From Eledone cirrhosa (taxonomy: Eukaryota), in NCBI GenBank assembly GCA_964016885.1, contig OZ024740.1, positions 385,826,001 to 385,890,000 of the forward strand: a stretch of 64,000 nucleotides of DNA, given 5' to 3'. The translations under genes and the position numbers were made by a program. The notes beneath the pieces are model-generated. The model searched no databases, was not told the origin of the DNA, and worked only from the letters and a program-made list of their open reading frames with translations. Positions 39,870 to 53,209 of the stretch are shown piece by piece. How positions within the stretch are numbered: position 1 is the first letter of the stretch; every line of letters starts with the position of its first letter.

Positions 39870-41289
39870 AAATATGTCATGATGCAACACTGAATCCTTG
39901 TTCCTATACTCTTACAGCATATATATATATAACCTCCTATTTTGTCATCTTCATTCTTAATGTTAGTTTGGTTTTCAGAAAAATTCCATATTGTTCTATT
40001 TATATCTTTTCCTTTTTTTTTTCTTTTCTACCTTCATTATATATCCTTCAAAGAAATTTCACTTAAAATTAAGTGTTGCTGATGCTGTTGTTGTTTTTGT
40101 AGTTACTCTTCTGGCAATGTTATGTGCTATATATTTACCATAATGATATTTTTTCCAAAATCCTAATCAACTTCGAAGCAGTACTCTTTCTATTGTGTTA
40201 CGTTGCTTCTGTCTTGTGTGTGAGAAAGTAAGAGAGATACAATATCAGAGACATTTAAAAGGAACCATTTTATAGAATGTACTGGGTGCATTTTATCATA
40301 GCACCAACACTAGTAAGCTACCTTGTCTAATAAGACTGCAAGGTTAAAGAGTTCAGTCCGTTCAAAGCACATGTGATACAGAGAGTGATTAGAAGTAGAG
40401 TGCATGCCAGGGAAACCAAATGATACAGTTGCAAAGGAGTGAGAAGAGCTGTGTTAGCTACTACATATTGGTTATTGGTAGTGGGGGAAAGGTTGAATAG
40501 AAAACAGCATGAGCAATGTGAATGGATATCAATAGAAAAAAAAATGACACAGAAAAATGAGAATGGTAGATGTCAGCTAAGAATCTCATGAGGAAGGGTG
40601 ATGATCAGTACACACACACATGCATAAATGTACAGACACAGACACATGCGTGCATGTAGCATTTATTCAAAGCTTTATCTGTACAAACTTAATTCATCAC
40701 TCAGTTTAACACTCTTACCTAGCCCTTTACCAGGGTCCTCTCTGTTGCAAACATCTGGACCAGGTTTCAAGATACACTCCTCCCTCTCATTGACCAGTAT
40801 TGGAGACCCTGAAAAGGGTCCTTGCTAAATAGTAAAAAAATAATGCAAAAGTATGTACACATGTTTACAAATATTATGGAAGTTAATCCTGGGTCACCCA
40901 ACCACTTTTCCACTTGCTGCAACTTGAACGGATTTAACTACCCATAAGAATGATCCCCATAACTTGGACTTGCTCTTTCAGCATATCTCCCTTGCTATCT
41001 TCTGGAGTAATTCCTTTGCAATTCTATCCATTGGGACTATGGGACAACATCCAGCTATGGTTTTACACTTCAGAGTGACAAAATGAAGGAAAGAATTGGA
41101 TACTCTCTCATTGATAGATTCATGCTGTTACTGGTTGTCATTACATACATAGAGGGAGGTGGATTGGAAGCTCTTTATATTCTGAATTTAAATTCCACTG
41201 TGGTCAACTTTGCTTTTTATTCTTCCAGTATCAATAAAATAAAGTAGCAATTGAGTATTGAGGTTGATTTTATCAACTTATCCCCTCCC

Positions 41290-41715
41290 TTAACCCTTTA
41301 GCATTTAAACCGGCCATATCCAGCCAGAATTTTCTCACCTATTTCTGATCAAACTGGCTGTAAACAGTCACTCATACTCATGTTTACAGTCACTCATACT
41401 CATGTTTACAGTCACTCATACTCATGTTTACAGTCACTCATACTCATGTTTACAGTCACTCACACTCATGTTTACAGTCACTCACACTCATGTTTACAGT
41501 CACTCACACTCATGTTTACAGTCACTCATACTCATGTTTACAGTCACTCATACTCATGTTTACAGTCACTCATACTCATGGTAATACTTATTCTCAAAAT
41601 AAACAGTATCAAAATCTCGTAGATTCGATATTATGTGAGATAATTATGTGAAATAAAGTGTTTACTGTGAAAATACAATAGTATATATAGAGTAATGTAA
41701 ATACTAAAGGGTTAA
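41290..41715 (-). mobile_element. piggyBac-type MITE inserted into an older SINE
   Basis: TTAACCCTTTAGCATTTA ... TAAATACTAAAGGGTTAA ends. SINE head and core lie to the left (about 41160-41289) and the SINE tail to the right (41716-41750). Confidence 0.8.
41364..41580. repeat. 22-bp minisatellite, about 10 copies (acagtcactcatactcatgttt)
   Basis: Directly visible tandem array; some units have cac in place of cat. Confidence 0.95.
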
Positions 41716-42427
41716 ATTGCTGTCCTTGTGCCTAAATAAGAAATTACTAAACACATATAACACACACCTTATTCTCCCACTCACACACACTATATATTTG
41801 CTGAAGTGTTAAAAAAAGTTTCAATTATTCTAATCTTTCTTTCAACTAAATACTGAATCTTGTTTACAGTGTGACTGCTTCCCTCTGTGTTTTGCTTCCA
41901 TGATAAGTTTTCCTTCCTTTATTTCTCTTTTCTTATATTATTTTTCTTTTTCTTCTCCCTTTTCTTCCTATTCTACTCAAACTTCATTTTCCTTTTTCCT
42001 TTGTTTTTGTTTTTATTTGGTTGTTTTTTACTTTGATATAGTTTTCTATATCGTTTATTTTCTTTTGAATTATTTAATTCTCTGCTATACTTAAGGTGAA
42101 TGCCCTCGTTTTTCTTCATCTCAATGCTTTGTAGTTAGAGAAGGGCACCATCCGATGGTGTTCTTGACAACTAGGGTGGTTCCATATCTGTGGGGTTCCA
42201 AAACTACTCCTAGGTGCTGCTCCTCCTATTGTTATTTATTATATCGTTACCTGTTTTCCTTCTGTTTACACACATTTGTGTAAATTCCCACTGTCCCTAT
42301 ATTTTGTTCTCTCTGTTTCAGCCTTAGTGACTAATAAAGAAATTATCATCACCAGTAACGCACTGGGGTCAATTTAATCCCCTCCCAAAAAATTGCTGGT
42401 CTTGTGCCTAAATCAGAAATCATTATT

Positions 42428-42606
42428 GATTGGCAGTATCGGTAGAGGGTCGGACGCCATGCATTGACGCAAAGAGTTACGCCCCTCTCCATTCTGAGTT
42501 CAAATCCTGCCGAGGTTAACTTTGCCTTTCATCCTTCCAGAGTCGATAAAATAAAGTACCAGTAATGCACTGGGTAATTGCTGGCCTTGTGCCAAAAGTA
42601 GAAACA

Positions 42607-42640
<34 letters not shown>

Positions 42641-42870
42641 GTAACACTTTTGTTCTGGCAGATGTTATACCAGATATTATTTTGTAGTATCGGTAGAGAT
42701 TCGGATGCCATGCTTTCCAGCATAGTTACGTCCCTTTACGGTCTGAGTTCAAATCCTGTCAAGGTTAACTTTGCCTTTCATCCTTACGGGGTCGATAAAA
42801 TAAAGTACCAGCAATGTACTGGGTAATTGCTGGCCTTGTGCCTAAAGTAGAAACAATTATTATTATTTAT
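42428..42870 (+). mobile_element. Two tandem Nin/Deu-like SINEs with (TTA)n tails
   Basis: Same consensus as 11493-11680. Confidence 0.85.
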
Positions 42871-44073
42871 TTATTCATTTATTTATTTATTTTAGCAATT
42901 GTCTTTTATCTTAGTAAATGCTTGTCTCAACAATGAAAAGCTTGAATGACTTTCTTCCTTCTCCACAGATTATCTTCTCCCTTTCAATTTTCTGCCTTGT
43001 CATTTCTAAGATAAATAAAAGCAACTGAAAGAAACAGTTTTTCAACAAAATATTATAGTTTCTGTGGTTTCTGTATTCTAAATAAACAAGTGTATTCATG
43101 TTATAAATCTTTTTTTTTTTTTTTACAATGAATTTTTATTATAGTTATACCAACAGTTTTATTTGAAATCAGTGGCAGATTAAATATGGTGTTGTAGATT
43201 GGGCTGTAGCCAAGGTCCTCAAATTATTATTTTTTTTTTTTTATTATACCATAAATCATAAAGTGCCTTGATGAAATGTTCAGCCAGGCTTCGCTGCAAG
43301 CTTAATTTACCTCTGCTGGTGATGTAAGCAAACTGTTTGATAAGAAATGACAGAATGTAATTAATTTATAGCATTTTGAGTGCCAAGGTTGTTTTCTGGG
43401 TTTTTTTGTTGTTTTTTTGGTGGGTATTTTACTGTCCCTCATTGAGGTTATATGTTAATTTTTTTTTTAAGTTAAATATAAAATTGTTAAAAATATATAT
43501 ATATATAATGCTCAAATTTGTTTTATCTACATTGTCTGGACTAAATCAACTCAACTCAAAGAGAGGGGTGTAAAGATTCACTAGTATGTTATTGGCACTC
43601 AGAGTTAATGTAGACCAGGTTATTGCACAACAAAATATGTTGAGAGTTTATAAGGATGGACATAATGGTATGTGTGTTTTAAATGATTATTTCGATTTCC
43701 CATGATGCAATTGTTTCAATTACAATGCATGATTTCATATCAAGTCACTTACAAAACTTGGAAATTTTAATGTTTTGTTGTTGTTATTGTTGTTGTTGCA
43801 AGAATTATAAAATCCCACCAATGTTATCATAAGAAAATAGAAGTATTACAGCTAAAAAAAAAGAATCAAAGTTATACTTTATTTATTTATTCATTTATTG
43901 AACTGATAAAAGCTCACATATATTGAAGAAGGTTGACAAAAGAATGCCCTCAAAGAAATCAATGACTATATCAGTCTGCCCTATATACACAACAAATACA
44001 AAGCCATAAAACTCTGGTGCTTTAAAAATATGACATGTTACTAAACAATCTTTGGTCGGTATTATTATTATCC

Positions 44074-44470
44074 AGGGCGGTGAATTGGCAGTATCGGTAG
44101 AGGGTTGGATTATGCTTTCCAGCATAGTTACGTCCCTTTACGATCTGAGTTCAATTCCCACCGAGGTTAACTTTGCCTTTCATCCTTACGGGGTCGATAA
44201 AATAAAGTACCAGTAATGTACTGGTATAATTGCTGGCCTTGTGCCAAAAAGTAGAAACAATTATTATTATCCATAGCAATAGGGAGGTGAATTGGCAGTA
44301 TCGGTAGAGGGTCAGACATGCTTTCCAACATAGTTACGTCCCTTTATGATCTGAGTTCAAATCCCTCTAAGGTTAACTTTGCCTTTCATCCTTACGGGGT
44401 CGATAAAATAAAGTACCAGTAATGTACTGGGTAATTGCTGGCCTTGTGCCAAAAGTAGAAACAATTATTA
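44074..44470 (+). mobile_element. Two tandem Nin/Deu-like SINEs
   Basis: Full-length copies at about 44074-44270 and 44282-44470, each bounded by ttattatcca. Confidence 0.85.
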
Positions 44471-44476
44471 TCCATA

Positions 44477-46404
44477 GCAACAGCGAAGGTGCTGATGGTC
44501 TCCGACTAGGCCACCTCAAGGAGTTGCTATCCCCCCTCTCCACTGAGGCCGGGTATCGCCTTCTGGGTGCAGTTGTGGCACTCACCAATAGGTTTCTCCA
44601 TGGCACCCTGGATCCTCATGCCTGAGGCCTCTTTTTTTCAGCTAGCCTGACTCGCTGTGAGCAATGTCTTCCGGAGGCTGGCTGCTAAGGTGGTCTGCAG
44701 GTCCATAACACATGAACTGGGTGAGGAGTTCAGTCCGGTGCAACTGGGTGTCGGCGTGTCCAGTGGCTGTGAGGGGGTCCGCACATGCAACCAGGCAGCT
44801 AGATGATGCTACGCTGGGCGAGCCCGTGGAGACTGTCTGCCATGACCTTCAATCGATGGTTCCTGCCCTGGCGGGAAGCGACCTCCACGTCGGAGGTGGT
44901 GAATGTCAGCTATGATGCTGAGAGCTTTGCAACCACTGTCTCGGACGTGCGGTCCATTCTCCACCAGATACAGGTGACCCGCAAAGAAGATGTCCTCATC
45001 CTCAGATAACCGATCCACCCGCTGGCCATCCGCTCCACCATCAGGTCTAGGCTCCAACAACTCCAGACCCTCATGAGCCGACTGGGCTTGATCGATGGCC
45101 ACCCAGCTCTCTTCCTGTTGAGGAACTGCTTCGCCATGCCAAAGCTCCTCCATACACTCCACAGCGCTCCGTACTACACCCAGACATCTCTCCTCGCTGA
45201 CCTCGATACTTGTATCCGAGCGGCAGCTGAGGAGATATGCAACGTCAGGTTTGACGACATTGGATGGCAACAGGCCACTTTACCTGTCAGATTTGGCGGC
45301 TGTGGCCTCCGGTCCCCAATCTTACTGGCTTTGCCTGCATTTCTTTCATCGGTAACCTCATGCCACGTCCTTGTCAGCAGGGTTCTCCAAAACACAATAG
45401 AACCCTCTGTGTTCAGGGAACGTGAGGTTGCCTGTGAGACGTGGAACAGGCTGGGACTTAGCCAAGTAGACGTCCCTCCTCCCCCTGTTGAAGTCAAGTC
45501 CCCCCAATGCATATGGGATGCCATCCAGTGCATCCTGGCCTCAGACAGGCTAATGCACCAGCTCGACCAGCACCGCCTTGCCTGTTTTCGCGCGGCCTCC
45601 AAACACCACAGTGGTGCCTAGCTCCATGCCTTGCCCTCCTTCTCCACTGGCACGCAGCTGGATAATGATAGCCTGCGCATCGGGTTTCCTTGAGGCTTGG
45701 ACTCCGGATCTGCAAGCCACATAAATGTAGCTGTGGATACACCATGGACTCTTTCGGCCTCCACCTGCTTTCCTGTCACCACAGTACCAGCCGCCTTCCA
45801 TGCCATGCTGCCCTCAACGAGGTCATTAAGCATGGCTTGGATGCTGCAGGCTTCCCTCCCAGCTCGAGCCAGTGGGGCTGGACCGAGGGGATGGCAAAAG
45901 GCCAGACGGTATGACCATCTTCCCGTGCCGCGGTGGCAAACCCTTGTCTGGGATCCCACTTGCAGCGACACTTTCTCCAGCGGCAACCTGGTGCAGTCTG
46001 CAACTAACCCAGGTACTGCTGCACGTTGGGCTGAAGATGCCAAACTCTCCAAGTACCGGTCGCTCTCCGACAGGTTCGCGTTCGTGCCCTTGGCACTGGA
46101 GACTTCTGGTGTCCTTGGCCCTAGGGCTACCTCCCTATTCACCACCATAGGCACTGAGCTAGCCAGCCGCAGGTGTGAGCCTCACGAGTTGGAATGGCTC
46201 TTCCAGTGCATCTCCCTTACCATCCTCCTGGGAAACGCCTTCTCCATCCTGTCCGCTGGGGCTGTGGGGAGGCCAGCACGTAGGACCCCATTTGCTCACC
46301 ATACGGATTAATATGAAAAGTTATAAACTATTGTATGTATTCATTGTGGTCAGTAAATAATAATTTTACTTTAAAAAAAAAATAAATAAATAAATAAATA
46401 AATA
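44477..46404 (+). mobile_element. CRE-like non-LTR retrotransposon (RT, CCHC knuckle, restriction-like endonuclease), degenerate
   Basis: GC-rich island. Across frames: RRLAAK, PVQLGVG..GCE, LDD, ATLPVRFGG.G, CSCG..HLLSC, DGKRPDG, LVWD.T, AE..K..KY, FVPLALETSG, GNA. An A/(TAAA)n tail and a 10-bp TSD, attatccata (44467-44476 and 46405-46414). Confidence 0.85.
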
Positions 46405-46689
46405 ATTATCCATACTATGTTTTATATTTTGATAGCCTTTTTTCTGAAGGTTTGTTTGTTCAGTAGCAAAAGAAAAATAGATTACACACACACACATTTC
46501 TTTTCTAACAACTAAAGGAAATATGTCTTTGGGGGAGTTATAATTTGTCTTGAAAAATATTATTTTTAAATGTATGTTTTTTGTTGTTGTTTTCTTTTTC
46601 TTTTTCTTATGACTGAAATATATACATAAAATAACAAATTACTATATTTAAAAGATTGAATAGTGTTAGGCATGAAAATGATATGAAAA

Positions 46690-47845
46690 TAATTGTTTCT
46701 ACTTTTGGCACAAGGCCAGCAATTATTCCAGTGTATTGCCGGTACTTTATTTTATCGACCCCGTAAGGATGAAAGGCAAAGTTAACTTCGGCAGGATTTG
46801 AACTCGGATCATAATGGGCCATAACTCTTTGCTGCAAAGCATGGCATCAGACCCTCTACCGATACTGCCAATTCACTGCCTGATAAAAATGATATGAAAA
46901 TAATGTTAACTTCATGTTCATTTAATATTTTTAGTTTCAGAATTAAAAGTTATGTTAATAATCAAAATAATGTAATAATATTTATTCTACTAATAATTGT
47001 TTCTAATTTTGGCACAAGGCCAACAATTACCCAGTGCATTACTGGTACTTTATTTTATCGATCCCGTAAGGATGAAAGGCAAAGTTAACTTTGGCAGCAT
47101 TTGAACTCAGAATGGCAATGGCCGTAACTCTATGTGTCAAAGCATGGAGTCCAACCCTCTACCAATACTGCCAATCCACCACCTTATTCTTATAATAATA
47201 ATTGTTTCTACTTTTGGCACAAGGCCAGCAATAACCCAGTCCATTACTGGTACTTTATTTTATCGACCCCGTAAGGATGAAAGGCAAAGTTAACCTTGGC
47301 AGGATTTGAACTCAGATCATAAAGGGACGTAACTCTTTGCGTCAATGCATGGCGTCCGACCCTCTACCGATACTGCCAATCCAGAATAATGGTTTCTAAG
47401 TTAGTCACAAGGCCAACAATTTGAGAGGAAGGAAATATTGATTAAATCGACCCCAGTACTTGCCTGGTACTTTATTTTATTGCCTCCAGAAAGATGAGAA
47501 GCAAAGTTGACCTCAGTGGGATTTGAATTCAGAATGTTAAGAGCGGAAACAAATGTTGCAAAGCATCTTGTCCAATCTTCTAATGATTATGCTAATCCAT
47601 TACTCTACTACTAATAATAATAATAATAACAATAGTTTCTGATTTAGGCACAAGGCCAACGATTTTTTGGGTGGGTTGAGTCAATTAAATTGATCCCAGA
47701 GCATTACTGGTACTTTATTTTATCGGTCCCATAGGATGAAAATCAAAGCTAACCTCGGCAAGATTTTGAACTCAGAACATAAAGGGCCATAACTATATGC
47801 CACAAAGCATGTTATCCAACACTCTACCAGAACTGGCAATCCACA
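46690..47845 (-). mobile_element. Array of about five Nin/Deu-like SINEs on the minus strand
   Basis: Repeated ttgtttcta.ttttggcacaaggcc...ggatgaaaggcaaagttaac...gatactgccaat units separated by (TAA)n. Confidence 0.85.
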
Positions 47846-49110
47846 GCCCTAATACTACTAATAATAATATAATAATAATATAATGTAGCAAAAACCATTG
47901 CTGTTCAATTTTCCTGCACTTTAATGACCAAGAACACATGAGGAATGAATTTCCATATGGCATGATACCTGTGTCTATTCACAAGCATGAACTAGAGAGC
48001 AAATCTATATGCACTATCACACTTGCCTTCACTACAGTGGCCTTAACTGCAAAATCGCAAATACTATGTGGTCATTATTGCATTAGAACAATATGTACCC
48101 AGAAAACTTTGTACTCCTTGAATACATTTTCAGTTTAAGACCAGCCTGGGAGTGCTCTCATAGCTTACTATTCATTTGTGAAAGGAGTCAAACTATAGAA
48201 TAATATGTACCTCGAAGATGGGAATAGAATAACATAAGAAAATTAAAAGATAAATACATCATGCTAGTGTGGAAGATAGACGTTAAACGATGATGATGAT
48301 GATGATCACATAGAAGATAGCTAAGGTATTTTGGATAAGGTTTCCATTATAGTCAAAGAATAACAGGGAAAAAAGAAATACCAGTGATATATGTTACTGA
48401 TTGAAAGCCTATAACCTAATTAAAAGTCATTTATGTGGTGATACAACCTCCTAAAAATAGCAGCTGTCTTAAAAATATAATGGCATCTCAGATTAAGTAA
48501 TCCTTGTTACAATATGCCTGGGGGTGAATGAGATGGCTATATAAGGAAATACTGCAAAGTTTATTTGTTAACACACTGATTCTTCCATCCTATGCCCACA
48601 TATGGTGCTTCCGTATGGTCTCAATTGTGATGGCTAAATCAAACTTAAGATCACAGACATGATGGGCTTCTACAAAATTTTCATTTAACAAATTTCACTC
48701 ACATGGCTTTAATACTATAGCGTATGACACGTCTATGAAACAAAGACATTCAGTTTCTCATGCTGCTTAGTTTAAGAAACTGAGCATTTTCCTTATAAGG
48801 TTTTAATTTATAGTCAAGTATAACATTGTCAGAGATGCTATAGTTGGTCTTTATAATTTAGTCTTATTCTCTTATGAAGTTGCAAGGCCTAAATAGAAGT
48901 TGTACTGGATACATTGGTTATCATTTGTTTAGTATCTTCACCGAATAAATAAAAAACAACCACTTAAAACCTAACAGAGGCTATATTGATCTTTGGAAAA
49001 TATTTTATTTGTAACGTTTCTGTGCTGTAATTCTATGAATTCATTTGTGCTGTGTTTGTTATTGTTATTTATTGTTCTGCATTCTTATTTATATTTCTTT
49101 TATTCACTAG

Positions 49111-49521
49111 CACCAAATGGTCCGCCTAGAAGTCTTGTCGGGCGTCCTCTAAGCAATTCCTCTATTTTAATCAACTGGTTGCCCCCAGCACAAGATCACT
49201 GGAATGGCCCATTGACTGGTTATATAATTCGTTACAAACCAGAAAGTTACAATGACAAATCTGCCCAAGAAGAGGAAGTCGGTGTAAAAAACCAAATGAA
49301 AGTCATAGTTGGTCTGATAACATTTACACACTATGAAATCAAGATAGCTGCTCGCAATGCCAAAGGAATTGGTGTCTACAGCAAACCTATAACAGTCTTG
49401 ACAGAAGAAGGTCGCCCCACAGCACCACCAACTAATATCTCTGCTCTAGCTATTAATTCTACTGTTATTGAAGTAAAATGGAAGCCACCTCTTTCATCTC
49501 AGATTTTTGGATTACTCTTGG
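49111..49521 (+). CDS. sdk: Sidekick-like exon: FN3 #2 and start of #3
   Basis: cactag acceptor and gtatta donor; 411 nt, phase 1-1. Encodes PPNGPPRSLVGRPLSNSSILINWLPPAQDHWNGPLTGYIIRY...TEEGRPTAPP. Confidence 0.88.
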
Positions 49522-50655
49522 GTATTACTTTTATCTTACATCTTACTTTATTTTTTTTTATGTGTGACTTCTAACAAGAATGTTTCAAAAATTATTTTTA
49601 AATTGTTTTTCTTTGTTCATTTTAGTTTATTTTTTAGTTTATCATATTTTAAAACATTTTTGTTACTTTAGTCATTTGTCAGAATTATGAAACCCACCAC
49701 CTGAGTGCCAGTCCTTTATTAAGATAATTAAATTATCATCATCATCATTTAATGTCCATTTTCCCTGCCATCAAGGTTTACTTTATAGCTGAAAAGTCTT
49801 AGTTTGTTTAGAAAGCCATGCAAGTGGGTTAGAAAGCAATGCAAGTGGGTTATTTGTGTCAAGGTAATAAGTCAGAAGGGAATTGAGAGAGAAAGTAAAA
49901 GTGGGAGAAAGAAAATAAAAGAAAGGAAGAATGACTGAAAGTTTCCTTAGCAATTTAATATTCCCAAATTTTTTCTGATTAACCAGTCATTATCAAGACC
50001 TCATACTTGGCTTGTTATATATACCACCATCATAATGTTGTAATCAAACTAATATCGTTTTTTTTTTTTGTCATTTGTAAATGTTCCAAAATAGTGTAGC
50101 AAGTTTGGCAGTTGAAAAGACTAACCACAATATCTACCTCATATATTAAAACAGAATGCAATAAAAAGGAATAAATTGCTTTCATTGAGATTTATGGATA
50201 TAATTGAATCAGAAAAACATGAGATATAACACATTACAATGAATGAATTACTCAGAGACACTATCTGCATTAAAAATAGCTGTTGAGTGTTAACATAATT
50301 AATATAAGGAGCATTAAAAAGTTAATTAGAAATAATTATGCAGTGATGAAAAGAGAGTATTATTCAATGACTAATATAATATTAATTAGTCTAACAAATA
50401 TTTGGGACAACATATTTCAATTTTATTAGATCTTCTCAAGGAAACATGAGCTCTACCATAGTTGCTGAAATAATGATGTGACAATCGCTAAATAAATATA
50501 TCATACACTAGTTAGCATAGAATACTAGCTTATTTTATATCAAGTCATATGTGAAACACCATACTTATATAATTATACATCCCGCTGATGTAATTGTTCA
50601 TATTCATAGACATATAGATATTCACACCTAAAGACTGAAAGGTAAGATACCACTG

Positions 50656-50885
50656 TATTTTTTACTAAAGAAATTTTAGCCTGATAGTGGGGTTTAAAAC
50701 CCTCTAAAAATGGAAAAGGGTGATTATTAACGTACATATATGTCAATACGCATCCTTTTCCAGTTTTTAGAGGGTTTTAAACCCCACTCTAAAGCTAAAA
50801 TTTCTTTAGTAAAAAATATGGCAAAAGCTTCTATTTCTACTAAATTTCAATCTTTGCTCGCTGTTCCCAAACAAACTTACTTGTC
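50656..50885. mobile_element. Fold-back element (about 65-bp arms plus a tail); a related arm and tail occur at about 61095-61220
   Basis: tattttttactaaagaaattttagc..ggggtttaaaaccctctaaaaa.tggaaaagg is mirrored at 50752-50818. Confidence 0.7.
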
Positions 50886-51423
50886 TTAACTAATAGTTAT
50901 TTGTTCTACTATGTAGGGTCAAATTAACTCCATTAAATTTAAATGTTATCTAGTATTCCAATTAACTTATTGATTTTCATATTATTACTGGAAACAGTGA
51001 GGTCTACTAGATTGGAATAGTAGAAAATGACAAGGAAAGTTATTTTCTGATATATTAAAAAATAGTTGTCGTATATTAGATGCAATGTGTTTATTAAAAG
51101 GTAGATTAAACCAAGTAGCTAGTCTTCTGCAGTTTCCTTTACCTGTTATGTTTAGAGTGTTGAAGCTTTCAGATGGAAGGACAGGTTTAGAGGGTATTGC
51201 AAAGGAGTAACTTTTAGTCCCTTCATAATAATTATAATTTTTAAATTTAATGGTACAAGACGAATTATTATTATCATACTTAGAATGATGTAGAGCCTTG
51301 AAAAGGGCAGAATCCTATTGAATTGGATAATTAGGATAATTAGTCTAACCCATGCTAGCGTGGAAGATAGACGTTAAACGATGATGATGAATTAGGCTTA
51401 TTAGGTTCTAAGGATTTATAATT

Positions 51424-52068
51424 AGAGGGATCAGATGTTGTTTACTCGAGAGAAGGCTACATTGGTATGGACACATGATGCGCATGAAAGTCGATAGCTA
51501 TATAACAAAGTGCAGGGCAATAAAGATAGACGGTAGTCACGGAATAGGCAGACCTAGAAAAACCTGGGACGAGCTGATAAACTCCGACCTCACACACTTA
51601 CACCTCTCCAAGACAATGTCACTGGACCGAGACCTTTGGCGGTACTCAGTAACAGAGACCCGCCTTACCTAAATATATAGTAAAACCTACTCTAGCCAGT
51701 AGGCATCTCTAACAAAATACACCCCGTCCCACCACCACCACCACCACCCCCACCCCATCCACACCACCCCGTTCTATGTAAAGTTATGTTGGTGCCGCGC
51801 CATCCAGGCCGAAACAAATGAGATCGTGTAGGTGTCACGACAAAAAAACACACAGTCCACGCTGTAATGTGGCCGTGTAGGCAACACGGTAAAAACCTCC
51901 CAGACCCACACTGTAAATGTGGTTGGTGTTAGGAAGGGCATCCAACTGTAGAAAACCTGCCAGACAGTCCTATGCGAGCAAGACAATCACTCTTGCCTCA
52001 AGTGGGACTACCCCCGTCCAAACCCATGCAAGCGTGGAACACGGACGTTAAACGTTGATGATGATGAT
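51424..52068 (+). mobile_element. 3' fragment of the same RTE-type LINE as 30498-31981
   Basis: Near-identical to about 31362-31981, with a short AT-rich insertion near 51670; (GAT)n tail. Confidence 0.9.
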
Positions 52069-52911
52069 CCTTGTTACTATTATAGTAACTTTATGGCACA
52101 TATTTTTATTAGTATTAAATAGTACCTATTATTCATATTATTGTTACTTATAAGTCATTTGAACTTCATTTATTTATTTTTATGGTATGAGTCATGTTAT
52201 TATTAGAATTATTGGATTATGTTCTACAGCTTTATAGTGAGTGATAATATTGGAAGTATTATTATTACTAGGGTTAAATTGGATCTTATCACCATAATCA
52301 AATCTATACAATGCTTCATTATAGTATTGTGCATTCTGGTCAAATATCACACCATTAGAGGAAAGTTTAGAGATTCTATTAGATACATTATTGATGGTAG
52401 ATTTAATAATGGGCTTTGAGTGATTAGAGAGGTTACTAACATAGAGAAGTTGTTAACCAGACTTATGAAAAATGTTTATATAATCCTATGTTAAAATCAA
52501 ATTTTACATCTAGAAAATTTACAATTTTAGTATTAACATCTATAGTTAGGTTATAATTTAAACAAAAAACTATTTAGTTTTAAATCCACAGAAGTATAAA
52601 AGGTAACATTTTGCTGAGAAATGTAAACAGTCAGAACAAATACTGCAAAGTATTTTGTCCAATGCTCTAACAATTCTGGCAAATAGTGTATAGTAGACAA
52701 TGATCTCATCATACAAACATTGTTTCTTTTATATTTATTTTGCCCTATTATCTCTTCTCACTTCATACCACCTTTTTCTGTTCCATAAATTCTTGAAACC
52801 ACAAATTGTGTCAATCTTAGTCTTAACTTCTGAGAGTTAAGAATGACATTTTCTCACCAATGTTTTTCAATAAATCTGACATTTTGTTTTACTTTTTTCT
52901 CCACTCTTCAG

Positions 52912-53127
52912 GTTACCATATCATTGCCCGTCCTCTCAACAAAACTTCAGGTGCTATTACAGTATCAGTGCAAATAACCGTAGATTCTGAGAAACGATAT
53001 GGATGGCAACAAGGCTATATTGGAAAACTAGAGAAATATACTAAATACAAACTCTCAGTTGACAGCTACACTTTGAAAGGTTCAGGCCCAGAAAGTGTGC
53101 CTGTGACTGTGAGAACTTTGGAAGACT
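52912..53127 (+). CDS. sdk: Sidekick-like exon: FN3 #3, C-terminal half
   Basis: cttcag acceptor and gtaagt donor; 216 nt. Encodes GYHIIA...LEKYTKYKLSVDSYTLKGSGPESVPVTVRTLED. Confidence 0.9.
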
Positions 53128-53209
53128 GTAAGTAATATGTTTGTTACAAAGCATTAATAATTATTAAAAATATTATTATTTATATATTTAAATATGTGTA
53201 CGTTTGTGA

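Noticed and set aside
41364-41580. CRISPR-like array
   Set aside because: The units are contiguous with no unique spacers, there are no cas genes, and the context is a eukaryotic intron.
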